The notes: generated by a model not told the origin, from the sequence alone. Counted from the first letter of the stretch, positions 22,526-33,733 are shown. The stretch: 64,000 bases of DNA from an uncultured Nitrososphaeraceae archaeon (GCA_963765895.1 CAVXZB010000078.1:21447-85446); one strand, 5' to 3'. Made by a program: numbers and translations.

Positions 22526-23837
22526 TCATTGTTCGACCTCGGGAGGAAATACCTTCTTGACGTATTTTGTAAGACCAATATATTGTATGATTAACGAAAG
22601 GAGAACCACTCCGAAAGTTAAAGTAGCAATCAGGTTTTTCAGATTGCTGCCTTATATCTTCAGCTGGTAAAGTTGCAACTAGTGCCACAGATAGTGCTCC
22701 TCTCATTCCTCCAAGTACAACTATGTGTCTCCAAGTCGATGGAATTTTTTCTCGTGTGAATTTACTAACAATAGACAGTATAGGATATGTAGAGATTACT
22801 CTTGCTAAAAATATAATGCCAAATGCTAAAATTATTAATCCGATGTTTTGACCAATGCTTAAGACATTCATACTCACGCCTAAATAAAGAAATGCTGCAG
22901 AGTTAGCAAGAAAGGCTATGATCTCCCAGAAATTAAACACGGTTGTACGAACTTTGAGGCTCATATATGCTTCACGCTTGACAGTTATATTTCCAAAATA
23001 TAGCCCTGCTACTGCTACAGCAACTAACCCCGACACTCCGAGAGAATTCGCAAGTACGACTGAACCAAATACAGTGGCAATGGTCAAGGCAGTCTCGGAA
23101 AAGGGATCATTCATTAATGAATGCAACTTATTTGTTGTTATCGCAATACTCAAACCCACAGCCGCTCCGCCTAGAAATACAGTTGCAAAGTGTTCCGATT
23201 CACCGATTAGATTCGAAATTCCATCGCCGCTGCCGTTGTTACTGCTCACACCCAGTACCACTGCAAGAATTGATGAGAATACAATTAAGCCAGTAGCGTC
23301 ATTGAAGCTAGCCTCAAATTCCATTAATGTCGAAAGACCTTTAGGAACTCTTAACTTCTTGAATATCTCTATCACTATAGCTGGATCCGTCGGGGAGATT
23401 AGCGCAGCAAAAAGAAACGAGACGGCGAAGCTCAGGCCAGCAACATACATTAGCAGGAAGCCGGCCACAAACGTGGATACGACTACTCCTGCAGTTGCCA
23501 ACAGCAGGGCAGATATTCTAACTGTCTTAAATTGTTTATAATTGACTTTCATCATCGCTTCAAAAATCAATGGAGGGATTACAAAATTTATTATCAACCG
23601 TGGATCTATTCTGAACCCGCTCACATTTACAAAGTCTAAACCTACAAAACTGAGAAAAGAAAGACCAATTCCAAATATTACGAGAACAATTATGTGAGGA
23701 ATTCTTGTTCTGGATGATAATAATGCTGCTGCGAATATCATGGCCAAAAATATAGGGATAAGGTATTGAGATGAGATAAGAATAGCTCCAGAAGTGGATG
23801 GATTAATACTAGGAACAAGAGATGAAATCAATAACAT
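22526..23837 (-). CDS. CPA1 (NhaP-type) Na+/H+ antiporter, frameshifted near 22652
   Basis: PPLIFEA, ISPTDP, EASFNDA, GGMRGALS motifs. The last helix LIATLTFGVVLLSLIIQ lies in another frame ending TGA at 22526. Confidence 0.9.
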
Positions 23838-24362
23838 TCCTAGTATTAGATAATGCAGTCATAAATACTAGCTCCAAAGATATATCATCGGGCCTCATTA
23901 ATCGCATGAATACGAAATTGGAAATCATTGTTAGCCTGAAAATGATTTATCTGGATCAGCACAACCGAAGGGTTCTATTTATCTGAATCTAATCTGAATA
24001 TCCAGATCGGCGACAAAATACAGGTACATAAAGCTTCGCTATAATTTTGTGACCGGTGTAAAGATTCTGGTTGATCTCAGTTATCTTTGCCTACCATCAA
24101 AAATGATTTTTTCAAATTATCCTCCAATCCTATACAAAAGATTTGAACACGTTAGAAACTTATTTGGTATTCGACCAGTGGGTAAGGGTAGAATTTAGAA
24201 TTTAAGACTCTTGCGAATTGTTGATCTACTATGGATCCTTATGTTATTAAACTGATTGGGCATCGCTCTCTAGACTGGGAAATCTATAGGCTGATTTTCC
24301 ATTACGAATCACAATATCGGATCAATAATCTTTTTAACATATCCGCGGATTCGAAATATTGA

Positions 24363-24926
24363 ATGAGCAATTATGGTGGAAGAGGAAGAGAATCTTCAGA
24401 TATTGCTAGGATAAAGACCGAAACTGTTACGTTTAGACTTCCTGTGCCACTTCTTAACGAGCTAAAAAAAGATGCCAAATTAGAGAAGATGAACTTAAAC
24501 GCATTTGTTACGAGGATATTTGCCAATCACGTTGAGTGGGAAAGGTACGAAAGAAAAATGGGTCTGTTGCCAATGACAAAACCATTTCTCAAGGCAGTAA
24601 TCAATCGATTGAACGATGAGGAAATCGTACACCTAGCAGAAAAAATAGAAAAACAAAATTTTAAGAACATATTTACATTTATGAGGGAAAATCACGACGT
24701 TAGCGATTTTATAGAAATTCTACGGAGCTGGCTCACAGTATCGTGGATGGATCATACTATAGTTAACAGAAATGAATCATATTATCTTAATATACAACAT
24801 GACCTTGGGATTAAGTGGTCATTGTATGTCAAGACTTTGGTTTCAGAATTATATCAAGATATCCTAGGGAAAAGAGTAGCAATTGATATTGCAGAAGGCC
24901 TGATTTCATTTATTTTTTCAAAGTAG
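24363..24926 (+). CDS. Ribbon-helix-helix N-domain regulator of a thaumarchaeal conserved family
   Basis: TVTFRLP..LL.EL..DA....NLN; C-terminal QHDLG.KWS. Confidence 0.7.
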   Translation: MSNYGGRGRESSDIARIKTETVTFRLPVPLLNELKKDAKLEKMNLNAFVTRIFANHVEWERYERKMGLLPMTKPFLKAVINRLNDEEIVHLAEKIEKQNFKNIFTFMRENHDVSDFIEILRSWLTVSWMDHTIVNRNESYYLNIQHDLGIKWSLYVKTLVSELYQDILGKRVAIDIAEGLISFIFSK

Positions 24927-25859
24927 TGATTGCATGTAGCAGATTCATATTAGTAAAAATCAGAGTCATTGCTGGCTGCACATCACCATAATGCCCATAT
25001 AACTCCGCTAGCTTGGAATTTAGAATAATCCAACTTCTTGATATCTCTAAAATCCCATTAATTCAATTCTCCCATTGGATTAGATGACACAGTAAAACTG
25101 ACACCTTTTTATAAATAGTTTACAGAATTTTTAATCTTTTCTCAGAAAAACGACATATTCATTAAAAACTGATTTATCCAGAAATATATATTTATTATTC
25201 TACTAGAATTATGTCAAACCTCATGATATAATAGATTAACCGTCATTGCCAATAAAATACCATTTTACAATTGTTATTTGTCGTCTTAATCTACTTAGAT
25301 TTCATTTCAGACACTACTTTTTTCTAGGAGGGAATTACCTACAAATTCTACAAACAAGGAGCATGACAATTTTCCGGCAGCGCTCCAAATATCATCATCT
25401 GGTGTTTTTATGAGTGGGTAGATTATCTAAATATATTTATCTAATCTTTGACCCATATTACTATGTCTTACAAAGTAGACGTCCCTCTTAAATCATTTCA
25501 CCTAGGAATATTTTTCAGATGGCATATATCATCCATGAAATCTACTGTATCTCGTTTGCTACCATTAAACCAGGATCATCTCTGATCTGGCGGAGTTATA
25601 CAGTAACCCATGATTTCAAGGTCAGAATTGGAGTTGTAAAACTCGTACGGTTTGATTATTCGACAAATGAACTCGCTCAGACATCCAGCTACATTGTGAT
25701 AAGAGAGAAGATCCTGGTGCCTAAGATAATTTTCCTAGTATTTTTCAGAAAAGATATAGGCGTTAATTTTATATATTCTTCGCGACTAAAGTATAAGAAA
25801 ATCCTAATCAGAGAGGTGTAAGTGATACGTCATACACAGTTGCTAACAAAAAGCAAGAA

Positions 25860-26118
25860 ATGGCAACAGAAGCCGCTCTTTACAGACATACAAATAGCAG
25901 AAGAATCAAATCCTCAGAAAATGGGTATTTCAACGTAAGTGAAAGTTTGTTAATACCAAATTTCCTGCTTTGTAAAGATTGTTTTTGGTCTGCCTCGGAG
26001 GTTTATCGGTACTAGAATTAGTATGAGTTCTGCGTGTCCAGCCTGTGGTCATGAAGGGGTGATATGTATGCCTATTTGTGGAATCGGCGTGATCAAGTTA
26101 GGCGATCGGAAAAATTGA
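25860..26118 (+). CDS. Small zinc-ribbon protein (LCxxCFWxAS...CPxC), frameshifted near 26005
   Basis: MATEAA...FLLCKDCFWSAS, then in another frame ACPACGHEGVICMPI...*. Confidence 0.6.
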
Positions 26119-26738
26119 CATAATTGATTCGCTAGCTAGCCTAGTTTAATAAGTTAGGAGCCGTGTGTGTTGGAATTCAATCTTTGATACAAAGTTGCCT
26201 TATAAGATAGACATTTCTTACTATCTATCTCGGATTGGGTCTTAATTGATACAAGTATTCAAAGCTAGGTCTTAATAATTATCTCAGACTTACCTACTTA
26301 ATTCCATGTTTAGCCTTACTATAATACCTAACCAGTTAGCTAGATATTGCCTCAGCGTCACAGTAGAGACTGATATAAAATTGGCGATTGTGCTAAAATA
26401 ATGCATAGTCGGCTGCCCTTAAATCTGTGAATCTCCTGAATGACTATCTAATACAAAATGCAACATTTAATCAGGTTGCACATAAGACACGAGGTAAAAT
26501 TCAGATTTAACATTGTCGTTACCCAGATAGGAATTTAGATTAACGAATATTCCTGTTATATCTAAACATGACTTCGATCCTCTGACTATCTGATGAGTGT
26601 TCCTTCTAAAGAATGAGTCGCGCAACTGAAAGAAAACCAGTATAAATGATCAAGTGATATCGCGCGTAATATTACTTTGTAACACATTGAAAACTTTGAG
26701 CTTAATTAAGATTGGCGTTAAAAGATAATAGAAAGTTC

Positions 26739-26876
26739 ATGTCATCAACAACACACAAGAACATTTTATGCCCATATTGTCAGTCAAAATTTAAAGACAA
26801 GACCGAATTATCCAAACACATAGACAGAATACATACAGGTTTAGGGTTACTAGAAGGAGATAGACGTCAGTGTTAA
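26739..26876 (+). CDS. C2H2 zinc-finger microprotein, 45 aa (not in ORF track)
   Basis: MSSTTHKNILCPYCQSKFKDKTELSKHIDRIHTGLGLLEGDRRQC*: C-x2-C-x3-F-x5-L-x2-H-x4-H. Confidence 0.8.
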   Translation: MSSTTHKNILCPYCQSKFKDKTELSKHIDRIHTGLGLLEGDRRQC

Positions 26877-27478
26877 ATGTATCACAAGTACTATTCCACA
26901 GCTGATTAACAAAAAGATGTGATTCATTCCCCTTCTCCTAGATCTAATAATATTTTCAAATTGATTTTACTAAATCATGCATGTACTAATCAGTTAAGAC
27001 ATTTTATTGAAATTGAAGCGATACAATAAAAACTAAACTGCCTGCAATCCAAGTAAATATGTGCATCGCGTACACATCATTGGCGGACCAATTTGGCTAG
27101 CCATTTGAAGTTACTAGCTACAAAGTTATTAGATTTTATGTTCTGAAAGCTAGTATCAGCATACTTATATCTTATTGACTTGTACTTCATATTCCTGTTG
27201 AGTTTTGTCGAGTAATCCAAGCGCTCGATTACAACAAATACTAAATATATTAAATAAGATAATAATAGACAAGAAAATTTATTTTATAATAGACTTCAAA
27301 TCTGGAGTTCAGTTAGACTTCTTAATTACTGAATCAGCAAGGTAGACGAATAAATAACCATTGCGATATACATTGGACATAATCATGACAATATTGTTTC
27401 CGGTAACCCATTGTCATTGTCGTGACCATTCTTTTCTAAAAGTGGTCAATAATAATAAGTATTTCTATATATTATTAG

Positions 27479-28066
27479 ATGACAACGATAGTTGGGCTCA
27501 GAACCAAGTATGGCGTTATACTTGGTTCTGACAGAAGAGCAAGTAAAGGGTTCTTTATAGGATCCAAAATAACCCAAAAAATAACACGAATGGATGATAC
27601 ACTAGCTGTTGCTGTTGCAGGGCAGCTGTCAGACGCAGAACACATCATCAAAGTTGCTAAAGGTGAGCGAAAATTGATAGAACTACGTAGGGGATTTCCT
27701 CTAACAGTTAAGGAATCCTCAAGGTTGATTGCCAACTTGGCATATTCTGGTCTTAAGAACTACCAACCATACTTTGTAGAGTTGATAGTCGCAGGAGTTG
27801 ATAGTGAGGGCGGGCATGTCTATGTGGCCGACATGAGTGGCGCCATAACCAGTGAGGACTTCGCCGCGTCAGGCTCTGGAGCTCCAGTTGCTTATGGTGT
27901 GCTTGAAAATCTATATCAGAGTGAAATGACTAACGAGCAGGCAAAGCAGATTGCGGAAAAAGCGGTATCTGCTGCAATGGAGAGAGATCCTGGTTCAGGG
28001 AACGGAATCGATGCTTTGGTCATTCCAAATGTAATGCAGCTTCCGCAACAGGAGCATGTGAATTAG
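27479..28066 (+). CDS. psmB: 20S proteasome beta subunit paralogue without propeptide
   Basis: M-T1TIVG, D17, K33, AG, SGSG, RDPGSG; in-frame TAG immediately before the ATG. Confidence 0.93.
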   Translation: MTTIVGLRTKYGVILGSDRRASKGFFIGSKITQKITRMDDTLAVAVAGQLSDAEHIIKVAKGERKLIELRRGFPLTVKESSRLIANLAYSGLKNYQPYFVELIVAGVDSEGGHVYVADMSGAITSEDFAASGSGAPVAYGVLENLYQSEMTNEQAKQIAEKAVSAAMERDPGSGNGIDALVIPNVMQLPQQEHVN

Positions 28067-28068
28067 AA

Positions 28069-28755
28069 ATGTCAGAAATTGGTGGCTCAGCAGTTAGTAA
28101 CAATACCAGATATCCCTACTATTATGGTCCAGAAGGACGACTGGTATTAGTAGACAGCGCGTTAGAAGCTGTAAGCAGAGGGTCAACTACCATTGGTATA
28201 AAAACACGAGATTTTGCACTGATTTCGAGTCATATTAAACCAACTAAGGCGCTGGTCGAGCCTGCTGAAAAGATCTTTACCATAGATCAGCATATTGGTG
28301 CTACTGGTTCTGGATATATTGGCGATATACTACAATTAATAGATGAGATTAGGATAGCAGCCCAAAGGCATCGCCTTTCTTATGAAAGCCCGATAGATAT
28401 CAATTCCCTTGCAAAGTACCTTAGCTCCTACTTACATAACTATACAATCTACGCTGTAAGACCACAGGCCGCCTCTATAATAATTTCTGGATTGGATCAA
28501 ACAGGTATTCAGTTGTACCAAGTTGACCCTAGCGGGACTTATTTTCGTGGATCTGGCTTTGCTATAGGTCATTACTCTGATATTGCCTTAGATGTGCTCC
28601 AACGAGAGTACAATCCCGATTTGAGTATCGATGAAGCAATCGCACTTGGCAATAAAGCAATGGAAAGAGCATTGGACGAAGGACCGCTTGTAGAAACTGG
28701 CATAGTGACTGTTAAGGACGGGGTATTCAGGAAGCTTACTAACACCCAAAGCTAA
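28069..28755 (+). CDS. psmA: 20S proteasome alpha subunit paralogue with divergent gate
   Basis: PEGRL..V..A.EAV.RGST.IG, EKIF.ID.HI, SG..GD, VRP, DPSG, AIG; starts 2 bp after the beta stop. Confidence 0.92.
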   Translation: MSEIGGSAVSNNTRYPYYYGPEGRLVLVDSALEAVSRGSTTIGIKTRDFALISSHIKPTKALVEPAEKIFTIDQHIGATGSGYIGDILQLIDEIRIAAQRHRLSYESPIDINSLAKYLSSYLHNYTIYAVRPQAASIIISGLDQTGIQLYQVDPSGTYFRGSGFAIGHYSDIALDVLQREYNPDLSIDEAIALGNKAMERALDEGPLVETGIVTVKDGVFRKLTNTQS

Positions 28756-29240
28756 ATTAGGCAAGCACTGTCCAGTCATGCTGAAAAGAACGTTCATAGA
28801 GTAGCAATGCCCTACTGTTTTTTTCGTACCTTTAAAGTAGCTTCTACTATTTGCTCAGTGATATCTAATTCCGGAGCACTCCAAAAGAGACCAGCATAAC
28901 CTCGACGTTGATAAAATTTCCAGATTTGTGTTGCCCACACAAATTCGATCTAGCCTCATAACATGTTTTCTAGAAACTAAAATAGATCTATGTCGTATTG
29001 CTCGTTCAATTGTAATAGTAGACCTATTTGCTGGTTAAGGACGCCATTTACTTAATTAGTATAAAAAACTCCGATAGCAAAGTTAAGATAAAGACGTGAC
29101 TTCTTTTCTTAGGCTACACCTTCTAATGTACAGTTCGGCATGCCATTTAAGATAGCAGGTTCTTCAGAACAATATGTTTTCATGCTAGAAGACAAACGCT
29201 TACAATACTTAAAATACTCTCTAAAGCTATATATTTACAT

Positions 29241-29579
29241 ATGAATTTCGGACTCTATTCAAATAAGGCTAGAGAAATATCTTTTGAAAGTCATTTATCA
29301 TCTTTGGAGCAGGAACCCAAACAAATACTACTCGAAATCCGCGACTTCGTGAAATCACTCGGTAGCAATGTCATCGAAGAGATAAGGCCACACAGAATAG
29401 TCTACGCTAAGTCTTTAACCTTCAGGACTTTCTTGGATATCCAACCAAGAAACAACGCCTTGGTCATATCGATAAGAAATAGTAGAACCGAACCTGCTTC
29501 AGTTAACACTATTCAAAGCCCACTTCAGTCGGCTGATATTAAAACTCAAATTGCAGTTGCATATAATTCGATTAAGTGA
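29241..29579 (+). CDS. DUF5655-like (YjbR/DUF1801-type fold) protein
   Basis: EIRDFVKSLG.NV.EE.....I.Y.K...F..I.P...; ends AYN. Confidence 0.55.
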   Translation: MNFGLYSNKAREISFESHLSSLEQEPKQILLEIRDFVKSLGSNVIEEIRPHRIVYAKSLTFRTFLDIQPRNNALVISIRNSRTEPASVNTIQSPLQSADIKTQIAVAYNSIK

Positions 29580-29747
29580 CCGATATCTAAGCAATTTGCT
29601 TCAGTAATACAGAACAAGTAATTGCTAAACTACTACTGCGGAATTTGACTTATTTGGAAAATCATAATTGTACTCTATGAAGACTTTGCTGTTGGTGCAT
29701 TAGGCTCTCTGATAAAGATTCGTAATTTAGTCAAGAAATATGAGAAT

Positions 29748-30716
29748 ATGGTCGCTTTGGATGAGATTAACCTTGATATTTTTGATAACGAAGTGTTTGG
29801 GCTTTTGGGACCTAATGGTGCAGGAAAAACTACTCTCATCCATATTCTTGCCACGCTGCTAAAGCCTACGTACGGCACTGCTCTTGTAAATGGCTTCGAT
29901 ACTGTTAAAGATTCTTCAAAAGTTAGGTCAAGTATAGGGATTGTCTTTCAGGCTCCCAGTAGCGACGACATGCTCACGGCGTACGAGAATCTGAAGTTAC
30001 ATTCTTTGCTCTATGGTGTTCCTCAACACATAAGAGAAAAGAGAATTCTGGAAGTACTAGAATTGGTAGGGCTTACCGATAGGAAAGACCATCAAGTAAG
30101 AAAATACTCGGGTGGTATGAGAAGGAGGTTGGAACTTGCTAGGGGTCTCCTTCATAAACCTAAGGTAATGTTTCTTGATGAACCAACATTAGGCCTAGAC
30201 CCGAAAAGCAGAGGAATAATGTGGGATTATATTAAGGGATTAGTACAATATGAGAAAATTACATTGGTAATGACTACACACTATATGGAAGAAGCTGACG
30301 TACTATGCGACAGAATAGGATTTATCAATAGGGGAAAAATAATTGCACTGGATTCGCCAGAGAGGCTTAAGGAAAATGTAGGAGGAGAGATTATTGAGAT
30401 CGAATTAACAGATAAGGGTAGTCAAGACAGAATTATAGAGGATATTAGAAAGATATTGAAACAATTCAGATTTGTACGTAAGGTGGAATTCGACAAGGAG
30501 AGTGGGGTGGCCGCTATCCATGTAGATGATGCATCACATAATTTAATCCCGATCCTTAGAACAGTAATTAAAGACAACGATATTGGACGTGTAGATTTGA
30601 GAAGACCAACGTTAAATGATGTCTTCCTCAGGTTCACTGGAAAAAACATCTTGGAAAATGATTCACCGGAGGGAGGCTTCATGGAAAAATATGCTCGATA
30701 TACTGAAAATAAGTAG
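29748..30716 (+). CDS. ABC transporter ATP-binding subunit (DrrA/NodI type)
   Basis: GPNGAGKT, YSGGM, FLDEPT, TTH, C-terminal PTLNDVFL. The reading frame is open some way upstream of this ATG. Confidence 0.93.
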   Translation: MVALDEINLDIFDNEVFGLLGPNGAGKTTLIHILATLLKPTYGTALVNGFDTVKDSSKVRSSIGIVFQAPSSDDMLTAYENLKLHSLLYGVPQHIREKRILEVLELVGLTDRKDHQVRKYSGGMRRRLELARGLLHKPKVMFLDEPTLGLDPKSRGIMWDYIKGLVQYEKITLVMTTHYMEEADVLCDRIGFINRGKIIALDSPERLKENVGGEIIEIELTDKGSQDRIIEDIRKILKQFRFVRKVEFDKESGVAAIHVDDASHNLIPILRTVIKDNDIGRVDLRRPTLNDVFLRFTGKNILENDSPEGGFMEKYARYTENK

Positions 30717-31250
30717 GAAATTCTAACAAACGGTAATTGTCATCTGTTTTCCTCAATTTCACCTAACCCAATTTATCTATGGCTCAAATTAATTTCTGGA
30801 TTAACATTACTGTTTTAGAGTAAACAGCTGGCGAATATATTATAGCGTTTTTGGGATTGCGTTAGACGATTCAAACATTTCTTAGTCGTCGCACTATGTT
30901 AGGTCATTTTCAGTTGATCCACAACGCTCGAACGGCACAAGAAAAACGAATGTTCTCAAAATTAGACGCAAAGAGATAAAATAGAAATTCCAAATCTGCA
31001 GCCGCCACCATTAGAATCATACGATCAAGGTATTCCCTTCCGAATTTGGAATATATTCTTGGGGAAAAGAATTTAGGATTAAAAAATACGTTACAATTCG
31101 CACAAGAAAAGAATGTATAATTTCACTAGTTACTGTATTACTGGGCGGATGTTTAGTACTTTCCTTTTATAGATTTGCAGAACTAGGTAAATAGTAAAAA
31201 TCTAGCTTAGAATGTATTAGGATTTGGTATGTTGCACAGTTGGCAAAAAC

Positions 31251-31541
31251 TTAGGCGCGTGCATTAATAGTTCTCTTGCCAAAGGTGTTTTGAACTACCA
31301 ACTCTCCCATTCGATTATAAACTTCCAAGTAATGCATTCCTTTGGGAGTTGTCTTGAAAGACCTTTCACCTTCAATATATTCCAAAAGATCATTTTCAAT
31401 AAGAATTTTCAAATATTCTCTTAAAAGATTATACGATAAGTATGTCCTGAACTGAATTTCAGTTATCCTTATGACGTTTCCGTTAGCACATTCCAAAATT
31501 GCTCCTATTATCTCTGTCCTGGATCTATGTACAGGTTTCAT
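31251..31541 (-). CDS. Winged helix-turn-helix (HTH_45) regulator
   Basis: RSRTEII..IL...T.I.....LSY..L.EYL..L....LL......F.TT.KG. Confidence 0.85.
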   Translation of the reverse strand: MKPVHRSRTEIIGAILECANGNVIRITEIQFRTYLSYNLLREYLKILIENDLLEYIEGERSFKTTPKGMHYLEVYNRMGELVVQNTFGKRTINARA

Positions 31542-33023
31542 TTCTAGTTATAATAGAGAATAACTTCTCCTTATTTAATTCTAATTCATGTTAAATAGTA
31601 TAGATTAGATCAAAAGAAACTACTATAACACTTTTATAGAATATTTATCTTGTACCTTATATGATTATCTTAATAAAAACGAAGGCTCACATCACACTGT
31701 GTACTTGTGAATGTCATTGAATATTTGATATTAGCTACATAAGGTAAACCACCTGGAATTGACGGTACAATCCAGATCTTGTCGCCTTGCGTATCTTCCC
31801 AGAACAGTTAGTCTACAGGACGCCGTGTCCAGCTAATAAGTGCAGGCCAGCATGCACACGTACGGTTACGGACATACATTAATCGGGTATAGCTTTCTTT
31901 TCTTCCTGATAATCAAAATTTGATATGCCTAAAAAATTTGTTTCGCTAATGAAATGTATAAGAGCATTCGCTCAGAACACTATTCAATAATTCTTATTAA
32001 GAAGATACGACATGATTGCTATTGTTATTCCGTTTCGTGGTAACGTCCAGAAAGAATTACCTTCAATTCTCCAAGAGATATCTACATCTGGTAACTATAA
32101 ATGCGGATCCTCAAGGCCAAACTTGGAAGAAGATAGAAAAACTAGAAAAAAATTGATAACTAATTCTGCCGTTATATCAGAATGAAATAACTGTTTTGAA
32201 GAGAAGGGACTGGCATATCCAACTGTTAAGGATCGGCATTCGTATCGTATGGGGTGTCGGTCCCATACCAATGGTCCCAAACATATTTGCAACGTCCGCA
32301 ATCATTTAACCTACCTTGTTTACGTATCTCGCAATCTAAAAAATGTCGATAATCTTCATCAATTGGATATTTATATTTCTCTAATCTTGGTATGAACATT
32401 AGTCGTAATAATATTCGCAGGACTTTCTTAAAAAATATTGCTTGAATAATCTTATCACGTTGCGCCAAAGCCGGACATATCAAGACCGTCACATACGACA
32501 GCTTTAAAGATAGAGAAGACTTGCAGCTAGCCCATAAAATTATCATACTAACTAAATTAAAGTTAGAAAATTTGAAGGCGCATCATCACTATTATTGTTT
32601 TATTAATCCTTCCATTCTCGATAACAACTTGAAAGTAGGAAATGATAAAAATATGGGTCTGTCCGGTCCGGCCTCTGAATACCAGACGGGTATAAATTCA
32701 ATTTAAGTCTAAGCGAGGCTCTAATAAAACTCCTGATATTCTATATCTTACAAATGATAATTATTTTTAGACCTGAGTCCTATAGTCGCGTATTGTCTTG
32801 GTTCTTCACAATTCAATATTAGTTCACGTTACCATTAGTTGAGGTTTTTTCATATCCTTCAAGGAAGCAAATTCCAAATTTTTATAAAATTAAAAATATC
32901 AAATGGTATCACATAGTACAATTGGAATTTGGAATTTCGAAGCGAAGTCAACCCTACCTTTAGAATTTAGTGGCGTGAGACTCTGCTCTCCATAGGTATG
33001 TCCCAGGTTCTAGCATTTATTAA

Positions 33024-33365
33024 TTGCGTGACTCCAATAATGAAGATAATAATTTGTACACTATGTCATTTCATGTTATTAGTATCATCGCGATTTTCAG
33101 TGCTGCGATAATTCCCTTATATATCAGTATTAGGATTAAGGGCGGTAATAAATATGGAATTAGAACTTTAACAATTGTTTTAACACTGTTTATTGTGATA
33201 CACGGTCTTTATCACCTCGCTGAGCTATTGGGATATCATATGTTAGGAGAGGGATTCCTTGAGCCGTTATCCGTCGTGATCCTAATTGTGTTTGGCATCA
33301 TCATGATACGGATTCTATATCCGAGTTCTATACTTACAAAAAAGCTGAGAGGTGGATCTAGATAG
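33024..33365 (+). CDS. Small 3-TM membrane protein
   Basis: Three hydrophobic segments, HGLYH motif; likely start ATG 33063. Confidence 0.7.
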   Translation: MRDSNNEDNNLYTMSFHVISIIAIFSAAIIPLYISIRIKGGNKYGIRTLTIVLTLFIVIHGLYHLAELLGYHMLGEGFLEPLSVVILIVFGIIMIRILYPSSILTKKLRGGSR

Positions 33366-33691
33366 TAGCTATCGAATCGGCTGAGGACATTTCAAATAAT
33401 TTAACCCTTCCCCTTTTAGTTATTGCCCTTGGCATATTTTTCTGGATAGTAATTAAATCGAGAAGTATTAGGAATTTTCAATCTCAAATTTCGATATTTA
33501 TTATTATTTGGATTATGGGCGAAATCACGAACGTTTTGCAACAAAACGGTCTGTTTATTACTCAAAATTTTGAGGAGATCGGGTTGGAAATTCACGTTGC
33601 CGCCATGGTTTTTTTTAGCGTCCTTCTATGGTTCAGGTTTTATTACTATTACAAATCCCAAAGGCGACTCGCTGATAACTTTGAGATATAA
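33362..33691 (+). CDS. Second small 3-TM membrane protein, apparent ATA start (not in ORF track)
   Basis: Open frame IVAIESAEDISNNLTLPLLVIALGIFFW...WIMGE...IHVAAM...* overlapping the upstream TAG and preceded by a GAGGTG SD. Confidence 0.7.
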   Translation: MVAIESAEDISNNLTLPLLVIALGIFFWIVIKSRSIRNFQSQISIFIIIWIMGEITNVLQQNGLFITQNFEEIGLEIHVAAMVFFSVLLWFRFYYYYKSQRRLADNFEI

Positions 33692-33733
33692 CAGTTAGCT
33701 TTGTAATCTATTTCAACCGCTCAAATTTTTCAT

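Noticed and set aside
27479-28066. HslV or Anbu identity for the MTT-starting protease
   Set aside because: RDxxSG and overall pattern are archaeal 20S beta type, and it is paired with a clear alpha subunit; no HslU nearby.
32095-32546. Cys/Trp-containing ORF fragments
   Set aside because: Overlapping short frames with no recognisable domain.
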